From an uncultured Candidatus Saccharibacteria bacterium (GTDB taxonomy: Bacteria > Patescibacteriota > Minisyncoccia > Phycocordibacterales > GCA-2401445): DNA of 64,000 nt. Below are positions 29,419-39,908 of the stretch, in pieces. The notes under the pieces were generated by a model. It was given only the letters and a program-made list of their open reading frames with translations. It ran no database searches and had not been told where the DNA came from. Where the stretch lies: positions 92,321-156,320 of the forward strand of contig CAYTAR010000001.1 in the NCBI GenBank assembly GCA_964436015.1, read 5' to 3'. A program made the position numbers and the translations under genes. How positions within the stretch are numbered: the stretch's first letter is position 1; every line of letters starts with the position of its first letter.

Positions 29419-31230
29419 TTAAGAAAGAATTGCCTTAATTCTTCTGACACCAGCAGACGACGCCTCTTCCTTTTGAATTTTGAATAATCCAAGTTCGCGC
29501 GTATTTGTCACATGCGGACCACCACAGAATTCTTTTGAGTACGCTGACTCAATTGAATCACCGGTGTAGTATACAGAAACCTCATCTCCATATGCATCAC
29601 CGAAAAAATGAAGCGCTCCTGTTTTTTCTGCTACACTTTTAGGAAGAATGACCGATTGCATAGCCAAACCTTCTTGTATCTTTTCATTTACTATTGATTC
29701 AACCTGTTTCTTTTCTTCATCAGTCATTTTTTTATCATGTGTAAAATCAAATCGAAGACGCTCTGGGGTAATATTTGAGCCCTTTTGCATTACATGATCT
29801 CCGAGAACATCGCGTAGTGCTTGGTGAAGAAGGTGAGTGGCGGTATGGTACTTTATCACCTGCGGGTTACCTGCGTCCGCTAACCCACCCTTGAATTTCC
29901 CCGCGCTGGCGGTTCGTGATAATTCTTGATGCTTCTCAAATTCCTTTTGAAAAACAGTTGAGTCAACCTCTATTCCCTTCTCTTTTGCTAACTCAACAGT
30001 TAACTCAAATGGAAAACCATAGCTCGCGAATAGATTAAAAGCATCAGTGCCTGTTACTTCTCCACGCTCAACATGTTTTTGAAACTGACGACTTCCCTCT
30101 GCTAAGGTCTTTCTGAACTTCTCTTCCTCATTTCGTATTATTTGGATGATTTCTTCACGCTTCAAAAACATGTGTGGGTATACATCCCTATACCTCTCTA
30201 TTACTACCTCAGAAACATGCACCAATGTTTCTTGAGGACAAGTAAGTACGTCAATATGTCGCATTGCACGCCTCAACAACCTTCTTAAAATGTACCCTTG
30301 ATCAGTGTTGGAAGGTAGCACTCCATCACTTATCAAGAAAACAGATGAGCGAATGTGATCAACCACAATTCTCTCACTCTTAGTATTATGTGTGCTCGCA
30401 TGAGTCTTAATCACTGAAACTAGTGGCTCAAAAATATCGGTTTCAAAAACATTATTTTTACCCTGAAGAGTCATTACGAGACGTTCAAACCCTGATCCAG
30501 TATCAATATTTTTACGCTCAAGTTCACCGACGACCACGCCGTCCTTCTTCACATATTGCATGAACACATCATTCCAAATTTCAACCACCTGCTGATTATT
30601 GTCGGCTTCTATGTATTCGTCGCGGGTCAAATCTCCCAATCCTTCAGGGGTTACATCATAAAACATTTCTGAGTCAGGACCACATGGACCATTATTCCCC
30701 GCACTCCACCAATTCTTACTTGCTGGCATAAAGTAAATGCGATGCTCAGGAATGCCTAATGACATCCAGATTTTTTTTGCTTCTTCATCACGAGGTGCGT
30801 CCTGATTACCCTCAAAAACAGTTATGTACAGACGGCTGATATCCAAACCAAAACCCTCAGTCTTTGAGGTTAGTAATTCAAAACTCCACTCTATAGCCTC
30901 TTTCTTAAAATAATCACCGAGGGACCAGTTTCCGAGCATCTCAAAAAACGTTAGATGCGTATTATCTCCAACCTCATCTATATCACCCGTGCGAACACAC
31001 TTTTGGTAGTTTACCAAACGAGCACCTTGAGGGTGTGGGGCTCCCAATAAGTATGGTACGAGAGGTTGCATACCAGCAGTAGTAAAAAGCACTGAGGGGT
31101 CATTTTCAGGCAAGAGCGAGGCTGAAGGGATAACCACATGTCCTCGTTTTTCAAAAAAAGAAAGGAATCGCCTACGAATTTCATCAGATTTCATATCGCG
31201 AATTGTAGCAGAGGACGGGTTTTTGCTCAA
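29419..31230 (-). CDS. alaS: Alanyl-tRNA synthetase, short form lacking the C-Ala domain
   Basis: Class II catalytic core (FTTAGMQPLVPYLLG, GNWSLGDYFK) and the editing-domain HxxxH (TATHLLHQAL). Length is 603 aa. Confidence 0.9.
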   Translation of the reverse strand: MSKNPSSATIRDMKSDEIRRRFLSFFEKRGHVVIPSASLLPENDPSVLFTTAGMQPLVPYLLGAPHPQGARLVNYQKCVRTGDIDEVGDNTHLTFFEMLGNWSLGDYFKKEAIEWSFELLTSKTEGFGLDISRLYITVFEGNQDAPRDEEAKKIWMSLGIPEHRIYFMPASKNWWSAGNNGPCGPDSEMFYDVTPEGLGDLTRDEYIEADNNQQVVEIWNDVFMQYVKKDGVVVGELERKNIDTGSGFERLVMTLQGKNNVFETDIFEPLVSVIKTHASTHNTKSERIVVDHIRSSVFLISDGVLPSNTDQGYILRRLLRRAMRHIDVLTCPQETLVHVSEVVIERYRDVYPHMFLKREEIIQIIRNEEEKFRKTLAEGSRQFQKHVERGEVTGTDAFNLFASYGFPFELTVELAKEKGIEVDSTVFQKEFEKHQELSRTASAGKFKGGLADAGNPQVIKYHTATHLLHQALRDVLGDHVMQKGSNITPERLRFDFTHDKKMTDEEKKQVESIVNEKIQEGLAMQSVILPKSVAEKTGALHFFGDAYGDEVSVYYTGDSIESAYSKEFCGGPHVTNTRELGLFKIQKEEASSAGVRRIKAILS

Positions 31231-31242
31231 ATATGAATTTTC

Positions 31243-32238
31243 CTATTTGAGTGCGAGCACAAACATTGAAACTGCTATACCTAAAAATAGAACCGCCATA
31301 AAACGTTCAAGCAATTTTGTTGGAAGCTTTGACGCAACCATTGGAGAAATTTTTCCTGAAATGAGAACGGCAGGCACCGTCCACACCAAAATATTCCACG
31401 GCACTGAAAGGCTACTCTCAGAATAAACTGAGATGCCAATATGTAAAAGTGTTGCGCTAATCGCTGTTACTGCAACAATTCCATGACTTGTTCCTATCGC
31501 GATTCGTGTAGGAATTCGAGAAAGCATCATAGAGGTTAATCCGAGCTCACCTGCCCCAAACCCAACAGACCCTTGAAAGAAACCGCCGATTCCGAATCCG
31601 AAAAATCGCTTTGCGTGACCATGAATACTTCTGCAGTAACGGTATTCTTCACCATCAACAGTTTTTTTCACCACAGCCTCTTCACTTGGAAGTGCACAAT
31701 TCATTACACTTCCTATCAGTGGCGTACGTCGGTGGTTCCGTAGCCGTTCCTCAAAGAAAATGAATACAGCTGAAATAAGAAGTAATCCTGCAATCATAAT
31801 TAAAATAATGGACTCAGGAACTAGTGTAGCCATAATGACTCCACCAAAAACAAACGGGAGCATCCCGGCAATTGCGTATAGAGCTATTCTCGTGTCAGTC
31901 AGACCAAATAGGTAAAAGGACAATGCGGAGCTCGCTAGTCCAAACGATTCAGTAATTAAACCGACCATGACACTTTCAATGTACGAAAGCTCGTATGCAA
32001 GTAATGGAAAAATTAAAATAAAAAATGGAACAAAGAGCGCAGCTGAACTAATACCAATCATATTTATTGAAAGAGAAATCAAAAAAGCAATTGGAAACAA
32101 CCACCACAGCTCAAACCAATACCCTATCGGCTCTGTATGTTCACCAATAACAAAACTGAAGCAGGCAACTGCAACCAGCACAAGGATACACAATCCAAAT
32201 ACATGCTCCTTTGAGAATATGTGCAATCTATCCATCAC
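31243..32238 (-). CDS. TauE/SafE-family (DUF81) anion exporter
   Basis: Polytopic two-repeat membrane protein with a glycine-rich GFGIGGFFQGSVGFGAGELG block. Confidence 0.7.
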   Translation of the reverse strand: MMDRLHIFSKEHVFGLCILVLVAVACFSFVIGEHTEPIGYWFELWWLFPIAFLISLSINMIGISSAALFVPFFILIFPLLAYELSYIESVMVGLITESFGLASSALSFYLFGLTDTRIALYAIAGMLPFVFGGVIMATLVPESIILIMIAGLLLISAVFIFFEERLRNHRRTPLIGSVMNCALPSEEAVVKKTVDGEEYRYCRSIHGHAKRFFGFGIGGFFQGSVGFGAGELGLTSMMLSRIPTRIAIGTSHGIVAVTAISATLLHIGISVYSESSLSVPWNILVWTVPAVLISGKISPMVASKLPTKLLERFMAVLFLGIAVSMFVLALK

Positions 32239-32281
32239 ATTTGATTGTACCCCATCAGACGTGAGAGAACTGTTTATAAAC

Positions 32282-34021
32282 CTACACTAATGAATACTTT
32301 TCAAGCTCAATAATATCACTCTCAAGTGCAGATAAACCTTCCTTATAAAACTCTTTGCTTCGCACATCAATACCAATTGAAGAAAATATTTCTTCAGGTT
32401 GCATGCTTCCGCCGAGCGACAGAAACTTCATGATGCTTTCTCGATACTCAGGATTTTCTTTATATCGTTTAAACAACGCTCGCGAAACGATATATCCGAA
32501 CGCATACGCATGCACGTAGAATCCGTAGCGCAGATGTGGCCACAACACAAAACAGTACCCATCATCCACAGTAAGCGCATAGGATTCACCTAAATACGAT
32601 TGCAAGTGTTTTGTCATAAGCTCTGCCATAACACCGTGACTCTGCATTCCCTTTTCGCGAACAAGTGTGTGCAGTTCAAGCTCATAGTTGAATACCGCGA
32701 CTTGCCGAAAGACAGTTGCTATTCCTTCGTTAATCTGTGCATCAAGCAACACCACTTTTTCTTCATCAGTACTCCCCTTTAGCTGCGCATCAAAAGCAAG
32801 TTGCTCAAAAAAAGTACTTGCTACCTCAGCAACAGAAATAGTGTACGCTTCATACAACGGACCTTGCACCTTACTTTCCTCTGAGTGAAATGCATGCCCC
32901 ATTTCATGCGCAAACGTAGAGTGACTTCTAGGTGTATTATCGTGATTAAGTAACACACTCGTCGGGACCGAGTGACCACTTGAGCAAAACGCACCTCCTC
33001 GCTTCCCCATTCTTGGAAACACGTCTACCTGCCCTTGCTCTACAAAGTAGGTCAGCAACTCCTTATACCGAGGATGAAAATTCCCAAAAACCTCTTGTAA
33101 CTCTCGATAGCTCTCTTCAAAGGGAATTTCTCTGGTAATGGTTCCCACTCCAACATTTCTGTCGCAATACCGCAGTGTGTCTTGTTGTAAATGTTTTGCG
33201 TGAAGCCTTCCGTAGCGATGTGCGATAGAAAAACTTTCTGTTACCGCCGAAACAAGCGTCTGAACTGTGCGATCATCATTTTGGTACGACAACACCGTCT
33301 GGCTGTAAGGCGCGCTAAAACCTTTCATTTCATCAGTTATTTTCTTTGTGAGAATAACCGAGTTGAGCTCCGCCTCAGCTAGGGGTGCATCTTTTTTTGT
33401 TTCCTCAATAATCAAATTAGCGAAAGCATCCCGATCAGCATAATCTTGTATACCCCCCGTCTTTTGACTGGCAACCGCGAGCGGTATTGTTTCCCCCTTC
33501 CATGATATCGAGCGCTTGTTTGTAGCCTTTTCTCTTGTTTGAACAAACAACTCTTTTCCAGGAATTGAAAGCATTTGTATGGCATGCTCAACGTCATCAC
33601 CAAGCACGTGGTTAACAATTTTCTTTTGCGTATCAACAAGGTACGTAAAATTTTCAAGTCCATTCTCCTCAAGGATTTTTTTTGAAATACCAGCAATCAC
33701 TTTTGTAGTCCACGTAAGACTACTTGAGAGTCGTGTATAGTGTTCGCTATAGCGTGTTGAGGCAGATAATACCGCATCGTTTCCACTCTCAATACTTTCT
33801 CGTAAACTAAAGTAGCGAAGCGGTTTTGCGGAATCAAGTATTCCACAAATTTTCTCATATTCATGGAGAAATTCTCCACACTCATCTACGCGTAGCATTT
33901 CTTTCCCTTTGAATCGCGTATTGAATTCTTCAACCGCCTGTCTGTCATGTTCCGCGTCACACTCTATTTCCAAATCGGTGTCGCTTTGGTACCACAGAGT
34001 CATATCCCATTCTGTTTTCAT
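32282..34021 (-). CDS. pepF: M3B oligoendopeptidase F
   Basis: HEMGH zinc site (TFAHEMGHAFHSE) in a 579-aa protein. Confidence 0.88.
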   Translation of the reverse strand: MKTEWDMTLWYQSDTDLEIECDAEHDRQAVEEFNTRFKGKEMLRVDECGEFLHEYEKICGILDSAKPLRYFSLRESIESGNDAVLSASTRYSEHYTRLSSSLTWTTKVIAGISKKILEENGLENFTYLVDTQKKIVNHVLGDDVEHAIQMLSIPGKELFVQTREKATNKRSISWKGETIPLAVASQKTGGIQDYADRDAFANLIIEETKKDAPLAEAELNSVILTKKITDEMKGFSAPYSQTVLSYQNDDRTVQTLVSAVTESFSIAHRYGRLHAKHLQQDTLRYCDRNVGVGTITREIPFEESYRELQEVFGNFHPRYKELLTYFVEQGQVDVFPRMGKRGGAFCSSGHSVPTSVLLNHDNTPRSHSTFAHEMGHAFHSEESKVQGPLYEAYTISVAEVASTFFEQLAFDAQLKGSTDEEKVVLLDAQINEGIATVFRQVAVFNYELELHTLVREKGMQSHGVMAELMTKHLQSYLGESYALTVDDGYCFVLWPHLRYGFYVHAYAFGYIVSRALFKRYKENPEYRESIMKFLSLGGSMQPEEIFSSIGIDVRSKEFYKEGLSALESDIIELEKYSLV

Positions 34022-34614
34022 ATATATTTCTTTATTACTTTAAAATCCTCTAGCAAAACCGATTTTTGAGAGCCATTATATAACGCTGCGGCGGGATGAT
34101 ATAGCGGAATAATCACTAGCTCTCTCCCATTGATTCTGGTCGTATATACCTTACCATGTGTTTCTCCAATTGACGGTATCTCAATCTCGGGACAATACCT
34201 TTTTAGTATGTACTGCATCGCATGGCGCCCCAGTGTCGCAATAACGTTTGGCTCGATTATATCTATTTGCCTATCAAGAAATGGTGCATATAGATCAATC
34301 TCATCGGGTGTAGGATCTCTATTCTCAGGAGGTCTATCTTTTACAATATTAGTTACAAAGACACTTTCACGAGGAAGATTGATACTTAATAGCAGCTCAT
34401 CAAGTAATCTGCCCGACGCACCACAAAACGGTTTCCCTGAGAGTGCTTCCTTTTTACCTGGTGCCTCACCAATAAACATAATGTCCGCATCAATAGTACC
34501 CTCCCCTAGTACAGGCAAAAATTTATTTTCAATTCGGTAGCGGTAGAGCGGAGACTGACTGAACGCACACACTTCTTCCTTTACCAGATTCATAGCCTCA
34601 ACCTTTGTGCTCAT
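34018..34614 (-). CDS. Uracil-DNA glycosylase, family 4
   Basis: Sequence GEGTIDADIMFIGEAPGKKEA...GKPFCGASGRLL (family 4 motif A). Confidence 0.85.
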   Translation of the reverse strand: MSTKVEAMNLVKEEVCAFSQSPLYRYRIENKFLPVLGEGTIDADIMFIGEAPGKKEALSGKPFCGASGRLLDELLLSINLPRESVFVTNIVKDRPPENRDPTPDEIDLYAPFLDRQIDIIEPNVIATLGRHAMQYILKRYCPEIEIPSIGETHGKVYTTRINGRELVIIPLYHPAAALYNGSQKSVLLEDFKVIKKYI

Positions 34615-34892
34615 AGCGATCCTTCTCCGGTAAGTAGAATTACCTTCGCGTGTGTGCCTCCCCTGTTGTAGTCGCCGACAGTTCCATCACTCTTAATCAC
34701 TCGATGGCACGGAATATGTTGGTTGTAATTTTTCTTCAAAATGGTTCCCACTGCACGAAATGCTTTTGGTGATCCTGCCTTTTCTGCCACTTGTCGGTAC
34801 GTCAGTACGCTACCTTTGGGAATACGCGCCACCACCGCGTGTACTTTTTCAGTAAATGTCAGGGGTCTACTTTTTTGTCTTATTTTTTTCAT
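34611..34892 (-). CDS. ogt: Methylated-DNA-protein-cysteine methyltransferase (MGMT C-terminal domain)
   Basis: Active-site IPCHRVIKSDG. The start was trimmed to Met29 of the listed ORF, and the gene still overlaps the upstream nuclease by 26 nt. Confidence 0.8.
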   Translation of the reverse strand: MKKIRQKSRPLTFTEKVHAVVARIPKGSVLTYRQVAEKAGSPKAFRAVGTILKKNYNQHIPCHRVIKSDGTVGDYNRGGTHAKVILLTGEGSL

Positions 34893-35643
34893 GCTTTGAA
34901 ATATCGTCTCGAACCGCTTTGCGGTACTCACAGTAATCACACTCACTCCCTGGCTCCGGAATGACTTCTTGTTCAAGTGTGTTCTTTATTTCAAAAAGTG
35001 TCTTTTCAATCCAATCTGCATTACCAATATATGGAATAAGAGTAATATCAAATTCAAGCTTCGCGTCAAATGCTTTTCTGTCCTTTTTTCCATTTGCATA
35101 TACGAAGTAACCTGTATCCGAAACTGTAAATCCCTTTTGGCGAAGCAACCACTGGTACACCTCCATCTGTCGCTTGTATCCAATGTGCCATGTGTCATTA
35201 AGACTTACTATCTCTTCATCTTTACTAGTAGACTTATAGTCAACCACAATCAACTCACCTGCGGGGTTAATCCAAATATCATCCACTGCACCAGTCACGG
35301 TAAAGCCAGTCTTTTCATGGACACACTGAATACCTTTAAAATTTTCTCTCCATACGTCAATATCTTTATGTGAAAAAGGCACTGCTTCAATACCATACGC
35401 TTTCATCAACGGATGTGTGGTCTCTTGAGTTCGGTGAATATCAAATTCTTTCTTAAGTAGAGCATCAACGGCACTATTCAGTGCGAAAGGAAAACCGGGC
35501 GGTCGAGCAGTTCCCAGTTTGGCATCAATAAAAAAACATCTTGGGCACTCAATGAACAGGTCAATTTTTGAACGTGACAGCTTAAATCTTTCTCCACCGT
35601 AATTCCACTGTGGGTTTCGATGCGGTTTGTAGTACTCTGACAT
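34867..35643 (-). CDS. Cas4-like PD-(D/E)xK nuclease with Cys cluster
   Basis: Sequence D...ELIVVDYKST (D-E-K catalytic triad), plus an N-terminal CPRCF and a C-terminal ECDYCEY that resemble the 4-Cys arrangement of Cas4/AddB-type nucleases. No CRISPR array nearby. Confidence 0.6.
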   Translation of the reverse strand: MSEYYKPHRNPQWNYGGERFKLSRSKIDLFIECPRCFFIDAKLGTARPPGFPFALNSAVDALLKKEFDIHRTQETTHPLMKAYGIEAVPFSHKDIDVWRENFKGIQCVHEKTGFTVTGAVDDIWINPAGELIVVDYKSTSKDEEIVSLNDTWHIGYKRQMEVYQWLLRQKGFTVSDTGYFVYANGKKDRKAFDAKLEFDITLIPYIGNADWIEKTLFEIKNTLEQEVIPEPGSECDYCEYRKAVRDDISKHEKNKTKK

Positions 35644-35732
35644 ATAGTAAGTATAGCAAATTCGTCCACGCAATAAAAAACCCACTTCATGAAAGTGAGT
35701 TTTTTATTGCGTAGGTATTATCAGGACAACTC

Positions 35733-36350
35733 TTACTCTTGAGCTGTGGTTGCCTCCTCTGTTGTTGTTTCTGTTGTTTCCTCAACAATTACGGCGTTTT
35801 CTGTAGTGGTAAATGATGACATGATTACCTCACCTTCACTATCTACAAGTAGTAAATCTTTTTTATGATCAAAGGTGCCATCTCCGTCATCATTGAACAC
35901 GGTAATGTAATTTCGTCCACCAGCAACTGTCGCGCGGAGTAAATGTACAGTTACCGCATCATACTCTCCGACAGACAGACGCTGTACTCCGAGAATGTTT
36001 CCTGGAAGTCCGTTCCTATCTTCTTGAACCGCAACCCATCCTGTCTGCTTTAGTGCGATTGAATCAACAACCACTGTTTCTCCTGCTGGCTGATCAGACA
36101 CTCGGATCGCAATTTGAGCCGGCTCACTTACTGATGTCTGTGTACCGGTAATTGCAACTGGGGTTACTGATTTTGATGATTCTTTTTCTTCATTATTTAT
36201 ATTTTTCTGCTCCGAACGAGATATGTCAGTAGCATTCTCAGGAGACGCATTACCCTGACCACCAAAAGTAATCCACCCAAAACCAAATCCAACAATCAAA
36301 CTGACAATGGTGATTACCACTATTTTATTATTTTCTTTCGAGTCACTCAT
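35733..36350 (-). CDS. Hypothetical membrane-anchored protein with acidic Thr/Glu-rich tail
   Basis: An N-terminal TM followed by a ~170-aa domain with no recognised motif. Confidence 0.5.
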   Translation of the reverse strand: MSDSKENNKIVVITIVSLIVGFGFGWITFGGQGNASPENATDISRSEQKNINNEEKESSKSVTPVAITGTQTSVSEPAQIAIRVSDQPAGETVVVDSIALKQTGWVAVQEDRNGLPGNILGVQRLSVGEYDAVTVHLLRATVAGGRNYITVFNDDGDGTFDHKKDLLLVDSEGEVIMSSFTTTENAVIVEETTETTTEEATTAQE

Positions 36351-36437
36351 AGACTAAATATTAAATTACTAATCAGATACTGGTATAGTACGCCGATTAA
36401 CGAGGAATTGCAAATAAAGCATATTTGAAGCCCTACA

Positions 36438-37289
36438 CTAGCTCTTTGGCAGAGGAAGTGTGCACACTTTTTGAGCCTCGGCAATAACTGCGGACGACTT
36501 TTCTTTTCCAATACCTATTTCTTGCAAAACCGTATCATTGTCTTGAACCGCGTTGCATAGCACAACATTATGTGCGAGTAGAGCCTCTTTGTCTTTTTGT
36601 GACAATGTAGTGAGACAAGTAATCGGATGAAGCCCAGTGCGCTCTATCCAATCTTGTAAATTACCCTTAGCAGGATAGCTCCAACTCATGAGCTGTATAC
36701 CTACACATTCTGCGTACGCAATCGCCTCATGAGTGAATTTAGTATTAGTAATTACCATTCCTTTATTCATGGTACGCCTTACTCCTCCGTACTCAAACGA
36801 TTCTGTACGCAAGTCATCAAAACGAGCTTTCATATAGAGAGCAGTGCGTACATCTGACTTAAAGCCATGTCGATTGTGAAATTTTGCTTCAACAAACACA
36901 GTTTCCTGTGGTGAGTACGCCACTACATCTATCTCGTGTGCAACACACTTACCCTGAAGCACCTGCCCCGTTTCTGCGTGGTACCCATCTTTTTTAAACA
37001 ACTCAGCAATGTAGCGCTCAAAAGGAAACCCCGAAGGACCAAACGAAAGCAACGCGCGTCGGAGTGAGTACCGAGCAGCAGATTCGCTATTAGTCCGTCT
37101 CAGTACTTCAAATGCATGCTTATATATTGCGTACGTGGTTAAACCAGGACGCAACTCAGCTTGTATATGTCTTACAATATCCTCAACAATATCTGGATTT
37201 GCACCAGAGCGAGCAAGTGAATGACGAAGTTTTTCTGGATCAAAAAGTTCTTCTTCTCCAGTCGCTTTTTTAATGTATACTTCTTCCAT
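36438..37289 (-). CDS. ATP-cone domain protein fused to a restriction-endonuclease-like (Mrr-type PD-(D/E)xK) domain
   Basis: An N-terminal ATP-cone-like segment (VYIKKATGEEELFDPEKLRHSL), then HEIDVVAY...VFVEAKF. Confidence 0.6.
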   Translation of the reverse strand: MEEVYIKKATGEEELFDPEKLRHSLARSGANPDIVEDIVRHIQAELRPGLTTYAIYKHAFEVLRRTNSESAARYSLRRALLSFGPSGFPFERYIAELFKKDGYHAETGQVLQGKCVAHEIDVVAYSPQETVFVEAKFHNRHGFKSDVRTALYMKARFDDLRTESFEYGGVRRTMNKGMVITNTKFTHEAIAYAECVGIQLMSWSYPAKGNLQDWIERTGLHPITCLTTLSQKDKEALLAHNVVLCNAVQDNDTVLQEIGIGKEKSSAVIAEAQKVCTLPLPKS

Positions 37290-37324
37290 TACACAAGTAT
37301 AGCAAATACATCAATCTATTTCAT

Positions 37325-38404
37325 TTACATTACAATCCCCCCTCCGATAAGTGTGGTCCCTGAATACATGACGAGTGACTGACCAGAAGGAATACTTGAA
37401 ACTGGATACGTAAATCTAACAGTAGCAGTTCCATCATCATGAGGTGTTACAGAAGCAGTGTATAATTCTTGACGATATCTAAAACGAACAGAAACACTTA
37501 ATGATTCTTTTGGAGCGCCTCCCTGTATCCAGTTTACATTCTCAATTGTTATTTCAGACCTACTGTCAGGCAACATTCCCTCTTCGTCTTTGTGCGAAAC
37601 GGTTATACTGTTTCTTTCCACATCCTTACGTATTATAAAATATGGCACATCAGTAGGTGTTTTTCGGGTTATAGTAAAACCGTGTCGTTGGCCAATAGTA
37701 TAAAACATTGCCCCGTCATGAACTCCAATCACTTCTCCGTCAGTATTGTATACATTTCCCTTCTCTTGCATTACAAAATGTGACAAAAATTCCTTTAAAT
37801 CAATTTTACCCACAAAACACAGTCCCTGACTATCCTTTTTCTCAGCAGTTATCAAACCATTTTGTTCTGCAATGCGTCGTACTTCTGTTTTCTCAATCCC
37901 GCCCACAGGAAAAAGAATACGTGACAGCTTTTCTTGAGTAAGCGTCCATAAAAAATACGACTGGTCCTTATTTTGATCAAGTCCCATAGAAAGGTTGTAC
38001 ACACCATCTCGGTTCGTTACTTCAGCATAGTGTCCCGTTGCAACATAGTCAGCACCATGTGAAAGCGCCCACTCTAAAAATGCGCCAAACTTAACCTCTT
38101 TGTTACAAAATACATCAGGATTGGGCGTGCGTCCTGATTTGTATTCATTGACCATATAATCAACTACTTCCTTTTTATACACATCCTCAAGGTTAAGTGT
38201 TTTAAATGGAATACCGATATGCGCGCACACCCGCATTGCATCAAGACGATCTTCCGTTGCGGTACAAGTAATCCAATCCGGTTGCCATACTTTTATAAAC
38301 ACACCCGTTACGTCGTACCCCGCCTCTTTAAGCAAGAGTGCAGAGACGGACGAATCTACTCCTCCGGACATACCGACAAACACTTTTTTCTTTTCGGTAG
38401 ACAT
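37325..38404 (-). CDS. mnmA: tRNA-specific 2-thiouridylase MnmA
   Basis: PP-loop SGGVDSSV and conserved MnmA blocks. Confidence 0.95.
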   Translation of the reverse strand: MSTEKKKVFVGMSGGVDSSVSALLLKEAGYDVTGVFIKVWQPDWITCTATEDRLDAMRVCAHIGIPFKTLNLEDVYKKEVVDYMVNEYKSGRTPNPDVFCNKEVKFGAFLEWALSHGADYVATGHYAEVTNRDGVYNLSMGLDQNKDQSYFLWTLTQEKLSRILFPVGGIEKTEVRRIAEQNGLITAEKKDSQGLCFVGKIDLKEFLSHFVMQEKGNVYNTDGEVIGVHDGAMFYTIGQRHGFTITRKTPTDVPYFIIRKDVERNSITVSHKDEEGMLPDSRSEITIENVNWIQGGAPKESLSVSVRFRYRQELYTASVTPHDDGTATVRFTYPVSSIPSGQSLVMYSGTTLIGGGIVM

Positions 38405-38475
38405 GCACGTATACTATCATTCCTCACAAAAATAAAAAGCCACCACTGCAAGAAAATGCAGTGGTGGTAAATTGC

Positions 38476-38910
38476 TCACGAAACAACGACCGGAACTTCC
38501 CTCTCCACGTGAGGAGGATTGAGCACGTAGTAAAACGAATGCCACAACAAAGTGAGACGTTGCCGAACGCGCGCACGTTCATGCTTGAGTAAACCGTATG
38601 ATATCGGCGGAATGTCAAAACCATATTGCCACGCAGTGTCGTGACTGAGTTTGAATTTTAGCAACAATTCAGGTGAGTACGAACTACCCGAAAGCAAACA
38701 AAGTACGCATGTTTCTGACCCAGTGATATCAAGCCTGACATCATTGAGCACCCGAGACAACTCAGAATTACTGTACTTGAGCTTTCGAAGGTGCTTGTAC
38801 CCAGCAACAACCCGAGAGACGAGTGTTCTCGCAGAGTCCTCACTCATACCGTCCATGAGTGCATAAGTGAGCAAATCGCTTTCAAGCTCACCTGATGATT
38901 GAGTCGGCAT
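38476..38910 (-). CDS. Hypothetical protein (island cargo)
   Basis: A 144-aa GC-rich ORF followed by a minus-strand hairpin and T-run terminator at 38431-38462. Confidence 0.35.
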   Translation of the reverse strand: MPTQSSGELESDLLTYALMDGMSEDSARTLVSRVVAGYKHLRKLKYSNSELSRVLNDVRLDITGSETCVLCLLSGSSYSPELLLKFKLSHDTAWQYGFDIPPISYGLLKHERARVRQRLTLLWHSFYYVLNPPHVEREVPVVVS

Positions 38911-39025
38911 ATCAGTTTTCCTTTAATTGAGGGTTAACTATCTATTCACACTATACAATGCATAATATTTTTGTCAAAAAAATCAGCGAGTTGTTCACTC
39001 GCTGATTTGAATTGTATCCCACGCA

Positions 39026-39376
39026 TCAGTGCGTAGGCACTGGCACAAGCTCCCACGCGAGCTTCTGCCACAGAGAAAGAGTGGAAACTTCACTGTCGGT
39101 CTCCGACCTGAACCCGTACAGAGTTGGATTTGTAACACCCAGTTCTCTGACAAGCTCATCACTGAAGAGGGACCTTAGTCCCAGATCCCAAATGCCCGAC
39201 TCAGCCAACACATCTAGGATGTGAAGCCGATCATGTTTTTCAAGGATACGAAATCCTTGAATTACACACTCTGCAATGCGGAGTGTTGAGTGATGCTCAC
39301 CATGGGTGAGCAATTTCAAAAGGAGCTCATTGCTCCAATTTCCTGTGTTCGTTCCTGTGTTCGTATTAGGATTCAT
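39026..39376 (-). CDS. Hypothetical protein (island cargo)
   Basis: A 116-aa GC-rich ORF followed by a minus-strand terminator at 38975-39005. Confidence 0.35.
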   Translation of the reverse strand: MNPNTNTGTNTGNWSNELLLKLLTHGEHHSTLRIAECVIQGFRILEKHDRLHILDVLAESGIWDLGLRSLFSDELVRELGVTNPTLYGFRSETDSEVSTLSLWQKLAWELVPVPTH

Positions 39377-39846
39377 ATTCAGTTTTTTTGTACACCAGTA
39401 CTAACGTATAGTATAACATAGTTATTGTACTATGTCAATATCAATAAAATGCTTATTTTAAGCCTCAGAAAATACCCAAGGTTAAACCTTGATATATTCA
39501 AAGTTTAACTTTGTGGAAAAAAGATAGAAAAAACAGCGACCAGTGTGTGATCGCTGTTTGTTTGGCGGAACGTCATCGGCTATTTCGTGAACAGGCCTTC
39601 ATTCGCCGACCGCCAAAATAGAAAGAGCTGGTAGCAGTACACACATCGGTGACATTAATTCATTCGCCACCAACCCTAAAAACATACAAAGAACAATTGG
39701 TGCGTCGCAAGCCTTGCTTGCGACGCACCCCAGGAGAACATGGCAGCGTTCGCATACAGCATTACTGTCTTCGTTCTCCCAAATTTTGAGCCGGTCTGTG
39801 AACAGACCGGCAGAGGGTACCTCTTTCTTCGCAATCAATTTCCGTC

Positions 39847-39908
39847 TCGCCCTCTTCACGAAATCCATGTTGTAGCGATACATCACTACAGAAGATTCCC
39901 TGAAGAAG
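39847..39908 (-). repeat. 62-bp conserved element, copy 1, with an imperfect 22-bp palindrome; followed (39907-39936) by a GC hairpin ggtccctcgc/gcgagggacc
   Basis: Differs from 42281-42342 at 3 of 62 positions. The palindrome mismatch is C:A on the plus strand and G:U on the minus strand. Confidence 0.8.
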
